Shown here in pieces: positions 1 to 15,000 of a stretch of 64,000 nucleotides of DNA. The notes under the pieces were generated by a model. The model searched no databases. It was not told the DNA's origin and saw only the letters and a program-made list of their open reading frames with translations. The DNA is from Nitrospirales bacterium. GTDB lineage: Bacteria > Nitrospirota > Nitrospiria > Nitrospirales > UBA8639. Positions within the stretch are counted from its first letter, which is position 1. Each line of letters starts with the position of its first letter. Both the position numbers and the translations under genes were made by a program. The stretch spans positions 960,001 through 1,024,000 of the forward strand of contig CBDBCZ010000016.1 of assembly GCA_965203295.1 (NCBI GenBank). The letters run 5' to 3'.

Positions 1-3000
1 ATCCACTAGGATATATTCCAACGTTGATGTCCCTCATCTCTCCACTCCGAAGAGGAATGCGACAGGTGTACACCCCCTGATCACCAGCTGTTAAGATATT
101 CTGACTGAGTGTGTTATGTACTCTCAGTTCCCCAGGCCGTGGGTGGTTAATTGTAAATACATCACCACTAGTGACAGTAGTTCCATTTGGACCAATGAGC
201 ATCCCAACATTGTTCATCATTGAGCCAGAGCGACAGAAGAAACGGAAATAAACTCCAAATCTGGCTGTACCAAGGGAAATGACAATCGCGTTGTTTGGTA
301 GTGATCCTGGGACTTCAAGGTCGCCAGTTGAAGCACCACTGAATACATGTATTCCAGCACCTGCAAGGCAATAAATTGCAACATAACTCTTTGATAGTAT
401 GTTCAAATTGGAAGAACTAATGCTTGTACATTAACAGCATCTTGCTTACCCACAACATTGAAGCTGATTGTTTTACTTCCACTTATCAAACCACTAGTGG
501 CTGTGCAGGTGTGGTTGCCAATGTCACTAGAGTGAACAGCTGCTCGTGTAACAGATTTTGAATTTTCAGTCTGGAAAGGACAGTCTCTACAGGTGGATGT
601 CCACTGGTAGCTCACAGGACCAGTACCACCCACTGCTGTGCAAGTGACAGTCACTGGACCAGAGGCTGCTCTGTACTCATTGGGGCCCAGCTCAGCACCA
701 GGGGGAGGTACGTAGGAGACAGTTATGCTAACCTCCAGTTCTGGTATAGGAGAAAAAGTTGCTGTAATGGTCCTGGCCATGTCATGCTTGCAGAGGTAGT
801 AAACAAACAACACTCTAACTGTACGTAAGCCTGTATTATGGTCTAGTGTGAGGTGCCATAATTGCATATGCCAACTTATTGAGTGTAGTAAATAATTACA
901 TACCTACAGTGATGTTCAGGCTGTAGTGTGACTCACTACGCTGGACATACATTACTCCTGAGCCAGGCTCAACAGTGCCTATGCAGGTGTATGTGTCAGA
1001 GTGAGTAACCAGTAGTGAAGGAATATGTAGCATAACTTTGTACACTCCATCTGAGGTTGTCACAATGGTGTCGTTCCTCCCTGCTTGCCCCTGAAGTCTT
1101 CCAGTCACCACCACATCACTATCCACTGCTGGATTAGGATCTAACTGGATAGTGCAGGTCAGAGTGAGGTTGTCTCCATGGCGGAGGCGTACACTGGCAT
1201 CAGGCTCACGGCTCACAGAAATTGTTGGAAGAGAAACTGTAAAGTAAATTAAACACATATTCTACAGTACAGTATGATGTATCTCTTAGGCTTGCACCTG
1301 CTTGTCCAAAATGTTGACTCACTAAAGCAGTTATGTTTGTATGATGCGATTCATTATTCAAAATAATAACTGCACGTGCCACTTTAAACATGCATGCAAA
1401 GTTATTTGTATACATGCTGTATGACTACCAGCTCTACAAGCCACCATGTTATTAAAAGATGCCCGCCAGTCACAAAGGTTTCCCCCCATTGTACCATGAC
1501 AAATACTGTATGCTCACTTTGTACTGTTAACACTACATCAGCCATCACTGTGCCTGCAGAGGAGGTAGCCTGGCAGGTATACTCCCCTCTGTGGGATGTC
1601 AATACAGGGTTGAATTCCAGTGTGCTGATGTATATATTAGTCGTTGCCTGATGTGTACTATTGACAGGAACACCACCAGGACCCATCCACTGCACAGCTC
1701 CTATCAGCGAGGCCCCCTCTGCCAGAGAGACAGTGCAAGTGAGAGAGAAGGACTCTCCTGCTGTTGGCGTCTCATATGGTGATATTGTGACTGTGAGAGG
1801 ATCGACTAAAGGAAAATAATAGCAATTATCACTCTTCAGCAACTACACAGTGACCACTGACTAATATTCTGATATGTATCTTCATAACTATAAATTCATT
1901 ATACCTGTATATAACAATTCACATTTCAAAACAATGTGTGAAATGTACAAGCTGACCGCACTCCCTACTAGAAAAGATTACAGGTGAACAGACATACATG
2001 TAATTTGCAAGTTGAGTTTGAGGAAAGCATTCTAGATGATGATGCTAAGTGTGCCCATTTGAGGGCACTGAGCCCTTTCCTAGAGACTGTTTAATTAACA
2101 TTTGCTTACTGTCACCGGGCAATGAGAGAAGCAGCTATTCAGTCCAAGTTTGAATAGAGTACTGGTGTGAGACCACTTCCCATTCTGAGAACTGTATCCT
2201 GTATTCATAAGGCAACGTTTGCCTAGCAAACTAAGCATTTATCTTTCTTAATTAAAGTATTCTCTGAACATGACATACGGCCAAAGAATCACAACAGCAA
2301 TGATACAGCTGTACTTATATACATCGAGATGAGTTAAATGATAGATTATTTCTTTACACTTAGACACTCTCGTTACTATAAGCCATACACTTAAGGGAGA
2401 GACTTTTAGTATCATAAGGGAAAACTTACATGCCATAAGCTCCTTTGAAGCTGTGCCCAATGCATTTATAACTGTGCAGTTATAAGTATGTCCAGTGATG
2501 TCAGTTGCTGCAGCATCGATGATAAGAACAGTTTCATATGTGGATAGTCTCCTGTCAGTTATTGTTTGTATCTGTGCGTAGGTGTCATCGGAAAGAGACA
2601 GTCGTTGGCTATCCCCCATCCAGGTTACAGCGGTGGCAGGGGAACCAGTGGAGATGCAGGTCAGGTTAGACGACAAGTGACCATAGGTGAATCCCATGTG
2701 TGTGATGTTAGGAGGAGCTGGGAAAGAACAACGTACACTCTCTAATGATTTATTGACTAATAACATGTGCAAGTGAATAATTTTACTATAATGAAGTCGA
2801 GACTTTAGATGTGAGGATTTACTATGTGTGAATTGTGATCTCACAAATACTGTATTATACCATAGGGCATGCAATGCTAAATCAAAATTTATGTAGCACT
2901 CATGTTCTCCACATAGCACATGTTTAACATACCATACTTACTATTAAATCCGCTAGGATATATTCCAACATTGATGTCCCTCATAGCTCCACTCTGAAGA

Positions 3001-6000
3001 GGAATCTGACAGGTATACACCCCCTGATCACCAGCTGTTAGGACATTCTGACTCAATGTGTTCTCTACTCTCAGTTCCCCAGGTTGTGGGTGGTTAATTG
3101 TAAATACATCACCACTAGTGACAGTAGTTCCATTTGGTCTAATGAGCATCCCAACATTGTTCATCATTGAGTCAGAGCGACAGAAGAAACGGAAATAAAC
3201 TTCAAATCTGGCTGTACCAAGGGAAATGACAATCGCGTTGTTTGGTAGTGATCCTGGGACTTGAAGGTCACCAGTTGAAGCACCTCTGAATACATGTATT
3301 CCAGCACCTGCAAGGCAATAAATTGCAACATAACTCTTCAATAGTATGTTCAAATTGGAAGAACTAATGCATGTACATTAATAGTATCTTGCTTACCCAC
3401 AACATCGAAGCTGATTGTTTTACTTCCACTTATCAAACCACTAGTGGCTGTGCAGGTGTGGTTGCCAATGTCACTAGAGTGAACAGCTGGTCGTGTAACA
3501 GATTTTGAATTATCAGTCTGGAAAGGACAGACTCTGCAGGTGGAAGACCACTGGTAGCTCACAGGATCAGTACCACCCACTGCTGTGCAAGTGACAGTCA
3601 CTGGACCAGAGGCTGCTCTGTACTCATTGGGACCCAGCTCAGCACCAGGAGGAGGTACGTAGGAGACAGTTATGCTAACATCCAGTTCTGGGTATGAGAG
3701 ACATAATGGCTGGTGAATTATCATCGATTCCACACTCCATAATAGTAACAGGTAACTACATATATAGCTACTAGCCTTGTCCCATGCAAACCCTTGCCTT
3801 TCAAAGTCAACTAGGAAGCTGTACAAATCATTGTACATGCACACACTTCACTGCTATGTCTCTCTTCCAGGCTCTACCGCATGATACGCTAGTTTACTTA
3901 CAGGAAAAAAAAAGCCTGACAAATGTTGTTTACCTACAGTGATGTCCAGACTGGAGTGTGACTCACTACTACCCTGGACATTCTCAAATCCTGAAGCAGG
4001 TATGACAGTAGCAGTGCAGGTATATGTGTCAGAGAGAGTAGCCCGTAGTGAAGGAATATCTAACGTGATTCTGTACACTCCAGCTGAATCCATAACTAGC
4101 ATAGTGGTGCTTCTCCCTCCTGGTCCACCAAGGCTTCCAGTCACTATCACATCACTGTCTACCACTGCTGGGTCTAGCTGGATGGCGCAGATAAGGGTGA
4201 GAGGGTCTCCATTGTGGAGGATCACAGTGGCATCAGGGTCACGGCTCATAGCCAGTGTGGGGGGAGGGACTGTGGAAGTATGTGTAGTTTTTAAATGATA
4301 TATATGCATACATCCTTACTTCAACTTGTATAATGTACTTCTAGTATGTTAATGCCATTGCACATGTGATGTTCAAAACAGTAGACTGAAGAACAATACA
4401 GGAATGAAAATTGCCTGAAAAGTTTACAGCTAAAGTACCTCATGGACCAAAAGTGTGCTATAATAATCTGAGCACTAAACAACATAGAAGCTATATAATC
4501 ATTTATACTCAAGACCACTGTTTCTATAGCCATAGGATCCCTGAGCACCTGGAATAGACAGGCTACACAGTCATGCTGGAAGATACTTTGGGAGCGTTCA
4601 ACATAATCCAGGGGAGCTTTAAAGACGGAAATTAGCTGTACACAATGCTTTAATATATATGGAGCTCGGGTAACTATATGCACTAGCTAAGTGAATGGTG
4701 GAGATATATCGCTGAGGTTTAAAAAATTGTACAGAAACTCTCTTCTAAATGTATGCAAGCTGAGAGTAACCCAAACTTAGTCAACATCGTGATGATCTGT
4801 GTACCATCATCATCTTAGAAGCAGGCCTTCAAGAGGACAATGATATGGAATACAAGTTGATCCTCACTGCCAACAATATGATCAGCTAGCCCATTGCCAA
4901 TCAATGGATACAGCCAACACATTCAGCTGAACTGGACTGTCAATTTTGTAACACATATTTACCCAAGCCAATGGTATTTCCTGAACGAGAAAATGCCATG
5001 GTGATACTACCCATACAATAAAATATAGGAAATGAGCCAAATGTGTGGAAAAATGCCAGGGGCCAAACCAGAATTCGGTTAGGTGCCTGCCAATAAAAGC
5101 TTAAATGTTACTTCTTTATAGAGATTTTGAGGCTTTAATAATTTAATACTATGTGTAATAAGGAATGTTGGCACCATCCCTACAGAGAGAAGAGATTACT
5201 GACTCTATGATGAGACACAGAGATTTGAAATGGAATCCCAAAAAGAGCAACCAACACAAGATGGAATCCCCCCCAAAAACCAAACGACAACATTTATCAG
5301 AATAGTATGGACCACTCCTCTGGGGGGCATTCCTTATGACATATATCTCCTTAGAAATGTAACACAGCATGCACATGCATGTACACATTTAACAAGAGAC
5401 ACATCTACTCACTTTGTATAGTTAATATCACAGTATTCACGCTTATCCCTCCTTTGGAAGTGACCCTGCACCTGTACTGTCCTCTGTGGGATGTCCTTAC
5501 AGGGCTGAGTTCCAGTGTGCTTGTGTAAGTCAAAATGCAGTCATCAGTCCTGGTTTGTTGGATGCTACCACTGCTGGTAACACCATCAGGGCCTGTCCAC
5601 TGCACTGACAGTGAGTCTCCCACTGCTACAGTGACAGTACATTCGAGAGAGAGGGATTCGCCTGCAGTTACTGTCTGACTCGGTGAGGATACAGAGACTC
5701 CAGGAGGAGGGACTGAGGGATGGAAGGAATAGCAAGTAGATTATGCAACGAATTTGGTACCACTGCATGAGCAAACTAGTCATTGCTATTGGATGTACTA
5801 CACTTGTCGTGATCAAGTTAGAATCCAGTAAATAGGAGAAAATTCGGAGTTGATAATCACAACAGCAAGTAAACTTACAGTATGTTTGTGAATCATTTCC
5901 CAGTGCATTAGTAACTGTACAAGTATAGGAGCATCTGTCAATATCAGATATGGTGAGCACATTCTCATAAGTGGACAGACTCCTGTTGGTCACAGTTGGT

Positions 6001-9000
6001 GTCAGTTGGTAGCGGCTTCCATCAATAGTCAGTGGTTGCCTGTTCCTCGTCCAGGTGACATTGGTAGCAGGAGAACCAGTGGAGAAACAAGTCAGATCAG
6101 TGGTCCCGGCTTCATGGGTGACTGATGTGATGTTGGGAGGAGCTAGGGAGGAACACAATACCATATCAGTTACGGAGTGCAATAACTTTTCACAAATATA
6201 ATAATTCTTATATGAAGTGGTTTAAAAGTGAGTGAGAGTGTGTTGGCTTATAGGTATGAGGTTTTCAATTGTGATGTGACGGGGAATTCTTGAGCGTGAA
6301 GTTAACAAGGAGAATATACAGTATTGCATTTTCATAACAGAGCACACAGACCTTTACACACAAGTAGTGCTGGGCGATATTGCGATATCATAGAAATATT
6401 GCGATATTGACGGAATTTGGTATCTGTATCGCAGAAATTTGTAGCAGACAATAATATTGTAGTCGCAATACATAGCACGCACATGCGCACGGGAGAACGA
6501 GAGCAGCGAAACAGAGGTTGAATCTGACGAAGAATCTGTCGAGTGGGGTATATCTGCTGTCCCCGAAGATTGCCTAGTGAACAAGCAAAATGCCAAGGCT
6601 GCAGTATGGCGGTATTTCGGGATGGAAGTGGAGTCGGGCGTGGTCAAAGACCCAGATCTGCCGGTATGCTGAGTCTGTCGTGTACGCGTGAAGACGAAGC
6701 ATGCCAATACCAGTAACTTGTACAGCCATTTGAAAAAGCATCACCCGATTGAGTACCAGGCAGTCAGGGCTCAGCGTAAGGAAGAGGGAAAGGGGAAGGC
6801 CTCGTCGAGTACAGCCAGGGAGTGTACCATTGCGGAATCCTTTAAGCTTGCTACCAAGCTTAGCTCTGATAGTCGTGAGTACAGAGAGCTTACAAAAGCT
6901 GTCACCTACTATCTAGCGAAAGATATGCGTCCTGCATACTCAGTTGAGCTACCTGGGTTCCATAGAATGGTCAGCAAGTTAAACCCACGGTATTGTCTAC
7001 CTGGTAGAAATTATTTCAGTCGTACTGGAATCCCTAGTCTTTATAACAAAGTTCGAGAGGAAGTTGAGCGAGAGATAGAAAGAGAGGCTGTTGTTAATTT
7101 CTCAGGTACCACAGATCTGTGGACTTCAGGGTCATCTGATCCTTACATAACTTTCACCATGCACTACATAGATACCACATGGCAGCTCGAAGCTACTGTC
7201 TTGGTGCTACGTATCTTGCTGAGGACCATACAGGAGAGAATATTAAAGAATCACTCCTTGAGACCCTTAGCGAGTGGAACCTTGATGCGACAAAGCTGGT
7301 TGCTGTCACAACAGATTCTGGTTCAAATGTAAAGCTTGCATGTGCACTTCTCCACTGGAGGTGGTTAAGCTGTTTTGGGCATAACTTAGACCTTGCAGTG
7401 CGAAAAGCTTTAGATGATCGTAGAGTCACCAGGGTTCTTAAAGTCTGCCGACAGGTCATAGCTACTACATTCTGTCGGAGTTGGGAAAAGAAGAGAGACC
7501 TTGCTAAGGCTCAACATGAAAAGCAGCTACCGCTTCACAATCTGAAAGCTGATTGTGTGACACGTTGGGGGTCATCACTTGCAATGCTTGAGAGGATAAC
7601 TGAGCAGCAAGAAGCCATTCGAATTGTCTTGGCTAGTGATAGAAAGGTTTCTCATCTTATACCCACTTGGCAAGATTTTGATGTAATCAATTCAGCAATA
7701 GCTGCTCTTGGTCCCCTGTGAGAACTTACCGATGCTCTTTCAGCTGAAAAGAACATTACCATCTCAGCAGTCCGACCACTTCTTACTCGTCTCAGCCACG
7801 AAATCCTCATGGAAAAGGATACTGACAGTTCTCTGACAGCAGAAATGAAGCGTTTATAAGGGTTGACTTTGAAAGCAGGTATGGTGATTCAGAGTTAAGT
7901 AACCTCCTGGATATCTGTGCATTCTTGGATCCCCGGTTTAGGCCAGCAGCGCCCAGTGAGAGCATTATTGAGGAGATGAAAGAGGAAATGTTATTGTCTG
8001 TTGAAGCCTGCCCATTGCCCACCCAAGAATGTAATTCATCGGCAGAGTCAGCACCCCCTCCCCCAAAAAGGAAGAAGAGCTGGCTAACTAAGATTCTAGG
8101 GACACCTGCGGTGCAATCTTCTACTACTCTTTCCCCTTCAGAGCAAGTTGCACAGGAAATGGATAGATACTTACATCATCCAATACTTGATGTTGAGTCC
8201 CACCCTCTTGAGTGGTGGAAAGCACAGGAAAAGCAGTTTCCACTACTTGGCAGGCTTGCCCATAATTATTTATGTATCTGTGCCACTAGTGTGCCCTCTG
8301 AAAGAGTTTTTAGTGCTGGAAGGAACATTGTCACAAGCTCACGGAACTCATTAAAACCGGACTCAGTTGACAAGCTTGTTTTACCAGCTACAAATCTGAA
8401 GTAATTAATATTGTGCTTGTAACTTGACTCTCATTCAACACTCATTGTGGTTGTAAGTTGTAACATTTTAGTAGTTGTCTTTTGCTTTGTCATTGGTCAT
8501 TGTTAAATTTTTGAAGTTGCCATGGAACCAATAATTTGGGTAATCATTACTACTCAGTTCAGTGCGTGTTTGATCCCAGATACCTGTAAATTCAGTCACC
8601 TAGTTAGTCTACCAGAGAAATTGATAGCATGAAAGTGGGAGAAAACTTCGGAGGGTATGTCAGATAGCACACTTGAGGGAGAGTTACAGGGCAGGGAGAG
8701 TATTATCGATGTACAAAACATTGTCAAGTGAGGACAGGAAAATAATCAGCCTTGTTCCCAGGCTCTCCCCTAAAAAAAAAAGGAAGGAGAGCCTGGTATA
8801 TTTATCATGTGAGTATTACGTAAGGTAGAGACAGCTTAATTGCATGTGGGTGAACAAAGCTACAATGGCAGACTTCCATGCACGATCCAATGGTCTATCA
8901 GCGAAAACAGTTGAAGAAATCGCGTTGAACAGAATAAAAAATCTCTGAAGCAGCCGCATGAATAGGCATCAAACTTCACTGGAAATGGGCTATAAAGTCG

Positions 9001-12000
9001 GAGAATACATGTACGAAGGGCACCGATACAGTACTCATTGGTTCAGTACGGGCAAAGATACATGTACTGAAGTCAGAAGAAGAATAAAATACCCCTTCCT
9101 TAGCTTTTATCAAGTATTTGTCCAGTGCAATATATAGGCAAATGAAGTTGACTGTGTAGACAGTTAGCTATTGATTCTGATAGCCTAACCTAATTAGAGA
9201 ATCACTGTAGCTATGTTTGTACCATGGCAGCCATACAAATCAAAGGCACCGCCAGCACAGTATACAGCTTACCCCACAGCTTCCTGTAGAATAAGTTGCC
9301 AGACAGTTTACTTATTCTACGTCTGCCTAGCTACACTATGTCTGTCTAGTTATTCTACTGTCTGGGCTGTTATTGTACTCATTACCACTTTTCTGAATTT
9401 TAAGGAGAACCACAAATTGGTTACTATGAAAACGTTGCCATGGTACAAGTCAGTTATAACACTTGGGTGTCAGCAGTTGGCTTAGGCTTCGGCTCAGCCA
9501 ATAAATCTGCTTAACTGCTTCCACATGTAAATGTTATCATATACTGCCTGAAGCCAATCAATGCTGTTGCTACAGGCACTGTGACTGTATATCTAAGAAT
9601 TCCTTTTAAGAAGGAAGCAATCATCCTCAACAACAAAATGCCAACTTTAAGAAAGCTAGCCTTAATTCCACACAGATTTTTTGCAGCTGTGGAGAAAATC
9701 GCTGCATGGAAGGCCTGTGTTCGTGGCTATAAGTATAATCAGCTTGTTTTACATGTACACGTATGTTATTAGTATGATTCCAGGAATTAGCTAGTATACA
9801 TGAGATATAGGTGTATAAGCAATTTATTTACCGAGGGCTGAAGGCCCGAGGGGAATAAATTACTTATACACCGACCACAAGTTGTATAACTGGTTTCTAC
9901 CACGTTATATCTGGCAGTTATATTTAGGCGTGTTTATATGGCAACGCTGCAGGACATGAAAACACGGTCAATAAGTGAGTAAGTTAGACACCTATTACGA
10001 GGTGAATAAGTGATTTTGAAACCTCAAATCTACCTGCCCAATTGGACGGAGTTCTACAAGTGTGGTAGAAAGATGGTGGTGGGGTTGATAGAAGGGAGGA
10101 TCTAAAACTGGTTGGTGAAGGACAGAGAGCAGGTACGGTGGGACAGAAGATAAGAGAGGGAGATGTTGGGGGGGGGGGGGGGGGGGGGAGGATAATGACT
10201 TGGTAACAGCAAGAGGGTCAGAAACTGTACAAACATTATGAGGGGGAGAAAGTGGAACACGGTGCAGAAATTGAGTGAGGATTAAGACCAGTATTAAGAA
10301 ACACCAGAAGAAGCCAATATTAGCAGGCAGTATATAGCAACAGAAACATGCAGAGATACAATAGTGGCTGTGGTGGTGAACATGTTACATACAGAGAGGC
10401 AATAGCCTGGGGCTGGGGAGGTAGACACAGGGACAATAGAGGAAACAATGGACAAAGCAAATGGCCTTGAGACAAAAAAGGGGAGTGTCTGGATCACCTG
10501 ATACATGGAGACAGATGTAGGTGGGTCTGGAAACATAGTATCGCCTAGTATCGCCTAGTAAGCCCACTGCAGTGACTCACTGAAGAGCATAAACTTTCTT
10601 CACAGTGAATTTACAGCATACTTACACTCTTTTGCAACAATTTGTAGCACACTATCTCAGAAATAGGCACTTACTATTGAATTCACTAGGATATATTCCA
10701 ACATTGATGTCCCTCATCTCTCCACTCTGAAGAGGAATGCGACAGGTGTACACCCCCTGATCACCAGCTGTTAGGATATTCTGCCTGAGTGTGTTCTCTA
10801 CTTTCAGTTCCCCAGGCCGTATGTGGGTATTAATTGTAAAGATATCGCCACTAGTGACAGTAGTTCCATCTGGTCCAATGAGCATCCCAACATTCCTCAT
10901 CATTGAGTCAGAGCGACAGAAGAATCCAAATCTGGCTGTACCAAGGGAAATGACAATCCCGTTGTTTGGTAGTGATCCTGGGACTTCAAGGTCACCAGTT
11001 GAAGCACCTCTGAATACATGTATTCCAGCACCTTGAAGGCAATAAATTGCAACATAACTCTTTGACAGTACGTTCAAATTGGAAGAACTAATGCATGTAC
11101 ATTAATAGCATCTTGCTTACCCACAACATCGAAGCTGATTGTTTTACTTCCACTTATCAAACCACTAGTGGCTGTGCAAGTGTGGTTGCCAATGTCACCA
11201 GTGTGAACAGCTGCTCGTGTCAATGAACTGACTGTCATAGTCTGGAAAGGACAGTTTCTGCAGGTGGATGACCACTGGTAGCTCACAGGATCAGTACCAC
11301 CCACTGCTGTGCAAGTGACAGTCACTGGACCAGAGGCTGCTCTGTACTCATTGGGACCCGGGATGAAACCAGGAGGAGGTACGTAGGAGACAGTTATGCT
11401 AACATCCAGTTCTGGTGGGAGAGACATAATGGCTGGTGAATTATCATTAATTACACATTATACCAGCAAACACTTGCTTTGCACATACACTAGGAAGCTG
11501 CACCAATCATGGTACATGCACACACTGTCTCTTTTCCAGATGGTAAGCTAGTTTACTTATATACAAATGTTGTTTACCTACAGTGATGTCCAGACTTGAG
11601 TGTGACTCACTACTACCCAGGACATTCGCAACTCCTGGAGCAGGCATGACTGTAGCAGTGTAGATATATGTGTCAGAGAGAGTGGCCCGTAGTGAAGGAA
11701 TATCTAGCGTGCTTCTGTACACTCCAGCTATAGCAGTCATTCCGGTGAAGCGAGTCACTGTATGTGTCTATAACCTGTGGCCCTATATGGGAGAGAGTCT
11801 ACACGTGTTTCTGTGGGTGCTATGGCGACCTAATCACATCGCCCTTAGAGAAGCCATATCACTGTGTAAATGCAAAGTCGCATAATTCTGAGCGAAGCGA
11901 GGCTATACTCAGGTTCCATTGACTTTTTTGTCATTGTCGTCGTTATGGTCACCGTCCCTCCGCCACTTCTCTACACTTATAGCATACCAAATTCGCCACA

Positions 12001-15000
12001 AGCACTTACCTTCGCTATAGAACTCTGTACAAGAGACCGGGAAGCGCTCACTATTACAGCTAGCCTGCTTCAGCCTGTGGTCTTCCAGGCACATTATTGC
12101 ACGTAGCCATTTTGTGTAGTGGGTGTGTATTGTAGGTGTGTCCTGTTCCGCGACCTTTCTCTTCAATGCTAGGCGTGCCACAAAAAAAATGTGCCACACC
12201 CAGCAATTCTCGCAAAGCGAGGACATCCCTGCACATTGTGTATCACTAGTTTAATTTCACAGTCAAGTGGGATACCTATGGTGATGTAGGCGTAATAGAC
12301 CCTTTACCATTAGTACGTCATTATGACGTCTGGGGGGTAATAGTAGGCAATAATTAGAATTCGACGCGCAAAAAGACGAGCGAGTACACCTGTTCTTGTG
12401 CTTCTTGTCTACGTTAACAGCTGACATTCGCTGTTTAGCCTACTGCTGGGGTAAGTACAGCTGCTCTTGCTTAGTTTTAGCGTCATATTGAACTCTGATG
12501 GCCATGGCAAGTCAACTGTTTGACCCTTCTTCTTCGAGTGGCTGCTCTGGGTCCTCCGGCGATGTTCCCGTCCAGAAATGGACGTGCACTGCGCTAAAGA
12601 GCTGGCTTAAGGCCCGCGGACTTAGCTATTCTGGCTTGAAAAAGGATCAACTTGTAGCAAAGTTAGGAAACACAGTAAATAATAATACATAGGCGTGATT
12701 TCCGGCAACTTTCAGCTCCTCCCTCTGCACCGTCTATATCCGGAGGGAATGTTTACATTATGCATAACATAAACGTAGTACACTCTTCAATCCACAGAGT
12801 AGAGGGTGCAATCCAATGTGGGCTTGATTCCCCAGTTGAGGAAAGTGATGAGGATGATGAGATAGTGCCTGATGGCTTTGAAGCAGCCATGACATCCAGT
12901 AGCGGATGGATGGATGAATGCTAGCGTTACAGACATGCCACCTCTCACGCTGAAACATATACATCAATTCTTCATATCAGGTCGGCTAAGGAAAGAGCGA
13001 GTGACTGCCACTAAACCATTTGAGAGGGGATATAGGTTTTTTGAATCTAAGAAGGTGCAAGGAATTTCAATAAATCAAGTATCTGGTTCCTCTCTTTATA
13101 CCATCATCCGTGCAGCAGTACTACCATCCCAGAAATGTGGCACTGCTTACACAACAGCTGTGGCTGTAAACAAAATGAATGGGCAAGTCATATATGGTAG
13201 ATGTAGCTGTATTGCAGGCAAGTCAGCTTGCAATCACACTGCCGCACTAATGTTTGCAATTGATGACACGAACAGAGAGTGATCCAGTCATGGAAGTGGG
13301 GGACCACCAAGTTGTACATCACTGCCCAAGCGGCGGGGAGTTCCAGCGAAATCTAAGAGGGGAAAGGAACCAACGCCAGTTAAAAAACTGCAGGTACTTA
13401 AACCTACGTATGGAAAACTGCCACAGCAGTCACCTATGAACACCATAGAACCGACTGACCCTTCCCAAAGTCTAGTTGACATCGGTAGAGTAAAGTCTCT
13501 TCGGGAAGATCTTGAAAAAATTGTCAACAAAAGATACTGTTTAGTCAGGTGTGGCCCGTAAATCCAGACCCTTTACAAATTAAACATCTTATGCAGAAAC
13601 AGCAACCAAAAGTGGACTAAAAGAATGTTGAACCGTCTCTTTTTGTAGCCTCATCCCCATGCCAGTCCTTCCCCCCGATATTTCAGTTGCAACCGTGAGT
13701 ACATGTACTTTATCCAATGCCTATAGTTAATTGCCTATATATATCTACATCATACAACATGACATGTTTCTTGCAAGTTCAACAGCATTCTTTGTACATG
13801 TAAGCAACTCCAATACAAGTCAAAACAGTGTGATTAATTAACAGCTCAATTAAAACTTCAGTACTGTAACAGCAACATATACATTAATCAGAAACAACAC
13901 CAAAATACAAGCAATAATTTCACTAATTTCTTTTTCTGATAGCCTTGCAGGATCGGTGACAAGGGGAGGGTGAAACAAACTAAGTGAACAGCAAATTCCC
14001 CATATGCTATCGATGGAATGTACGAGTGATAGTGGTACAACATTGGACAAAATACGATACTGCTTAACACGGCCAATAGCTCTTTCCACGTGGATCCTAA
14101 GTGAGGCTATCTTACGTGTAATAATAACATTCTTCTTCGATAGCTGTTGGTGATTCTTCACAAATGGGGGGATATTAAGCTTTGCACCACGAACCAATAC
14201 ATCATACGAGATATCAAAACCCTTGTCAGCCATGACTGTGTCTCCAGGCATAACATGATCTAAAACACCACATTCGCGGGTAAGGGCTTGATCTGATACA
14301 GAACCAGCGTACAAGTCAGATATAAATGTAACAGCTCCTGTAGGGGAAATGCCAACTAAAGCTTTAAAAGTATTGTGATGCTTATATGATGAGTAAGTGA
14401 GCGACTGTATAGACATAGATGAGGGTACTTCAGTGAAGAATTCGGTGCAGTCTAGTATTACACGGGTAGTAGGACAAAATTCGACAAACTGTGCAGGCAT
14501 ATGTGCATCAATGCATTCTCTTGAGGGCCATGTAATCAGGGGTCTAAGTTGTTGGTTTAGAAACTTTATCCAAGTAATACAGATACGAGAAACTGTAGCA
14601 ATGCTAATGTTGAATCTGTGTGCTAAATCTTGCTCCAGTAATCCCAAACGCAGTCGAACTAGTGTCAGAAAAAACTCATCAATAGGTTGTAAAGCTCGTG
14701 CTCGTGGTTTGAATATACTGGTAGATGTGCTTTTGATTTCATTACGACAGAGACGTAAGTAGCATAGTAGAGGTTCCAGGAATCTGTACAGGCACATTAA
14801 TACGGAGTAGGAGGGAAGACCAGTATAGAACTGAATGTCTTTGTCACTGCCCTGAAAGCGTCTCAAAAGAAACCGTTGTGACTCCAGAGTTCTAACTTCC
14901 TCTTCAAGCCTAAGCACCTTCAACTGGAGTTCACTAATCTTCTCTTCATGCTGTTCTATTGCATTGACTGCACTTGGAGTCTCAACTTGCTTTGGCTTTT

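Noticed and set aside
1394..1782. Plus-strand ORFs overlapping Ig exons, also at 22559, 25419, 36869 and similar
   Set aside because: Antisense shadows of the minus-strand Ig exons; they recur only because the exons are duplicated.
10538..10569. TATCGCCTAGTATCGCCTAGTAAGCCCACTG as the right TIR of the hAT at 6365
   Set aside because: Only partial similarity to the left end, and the flanking 8-mers (CACACAAG versus CAGTGACT) do not form a target duplication.
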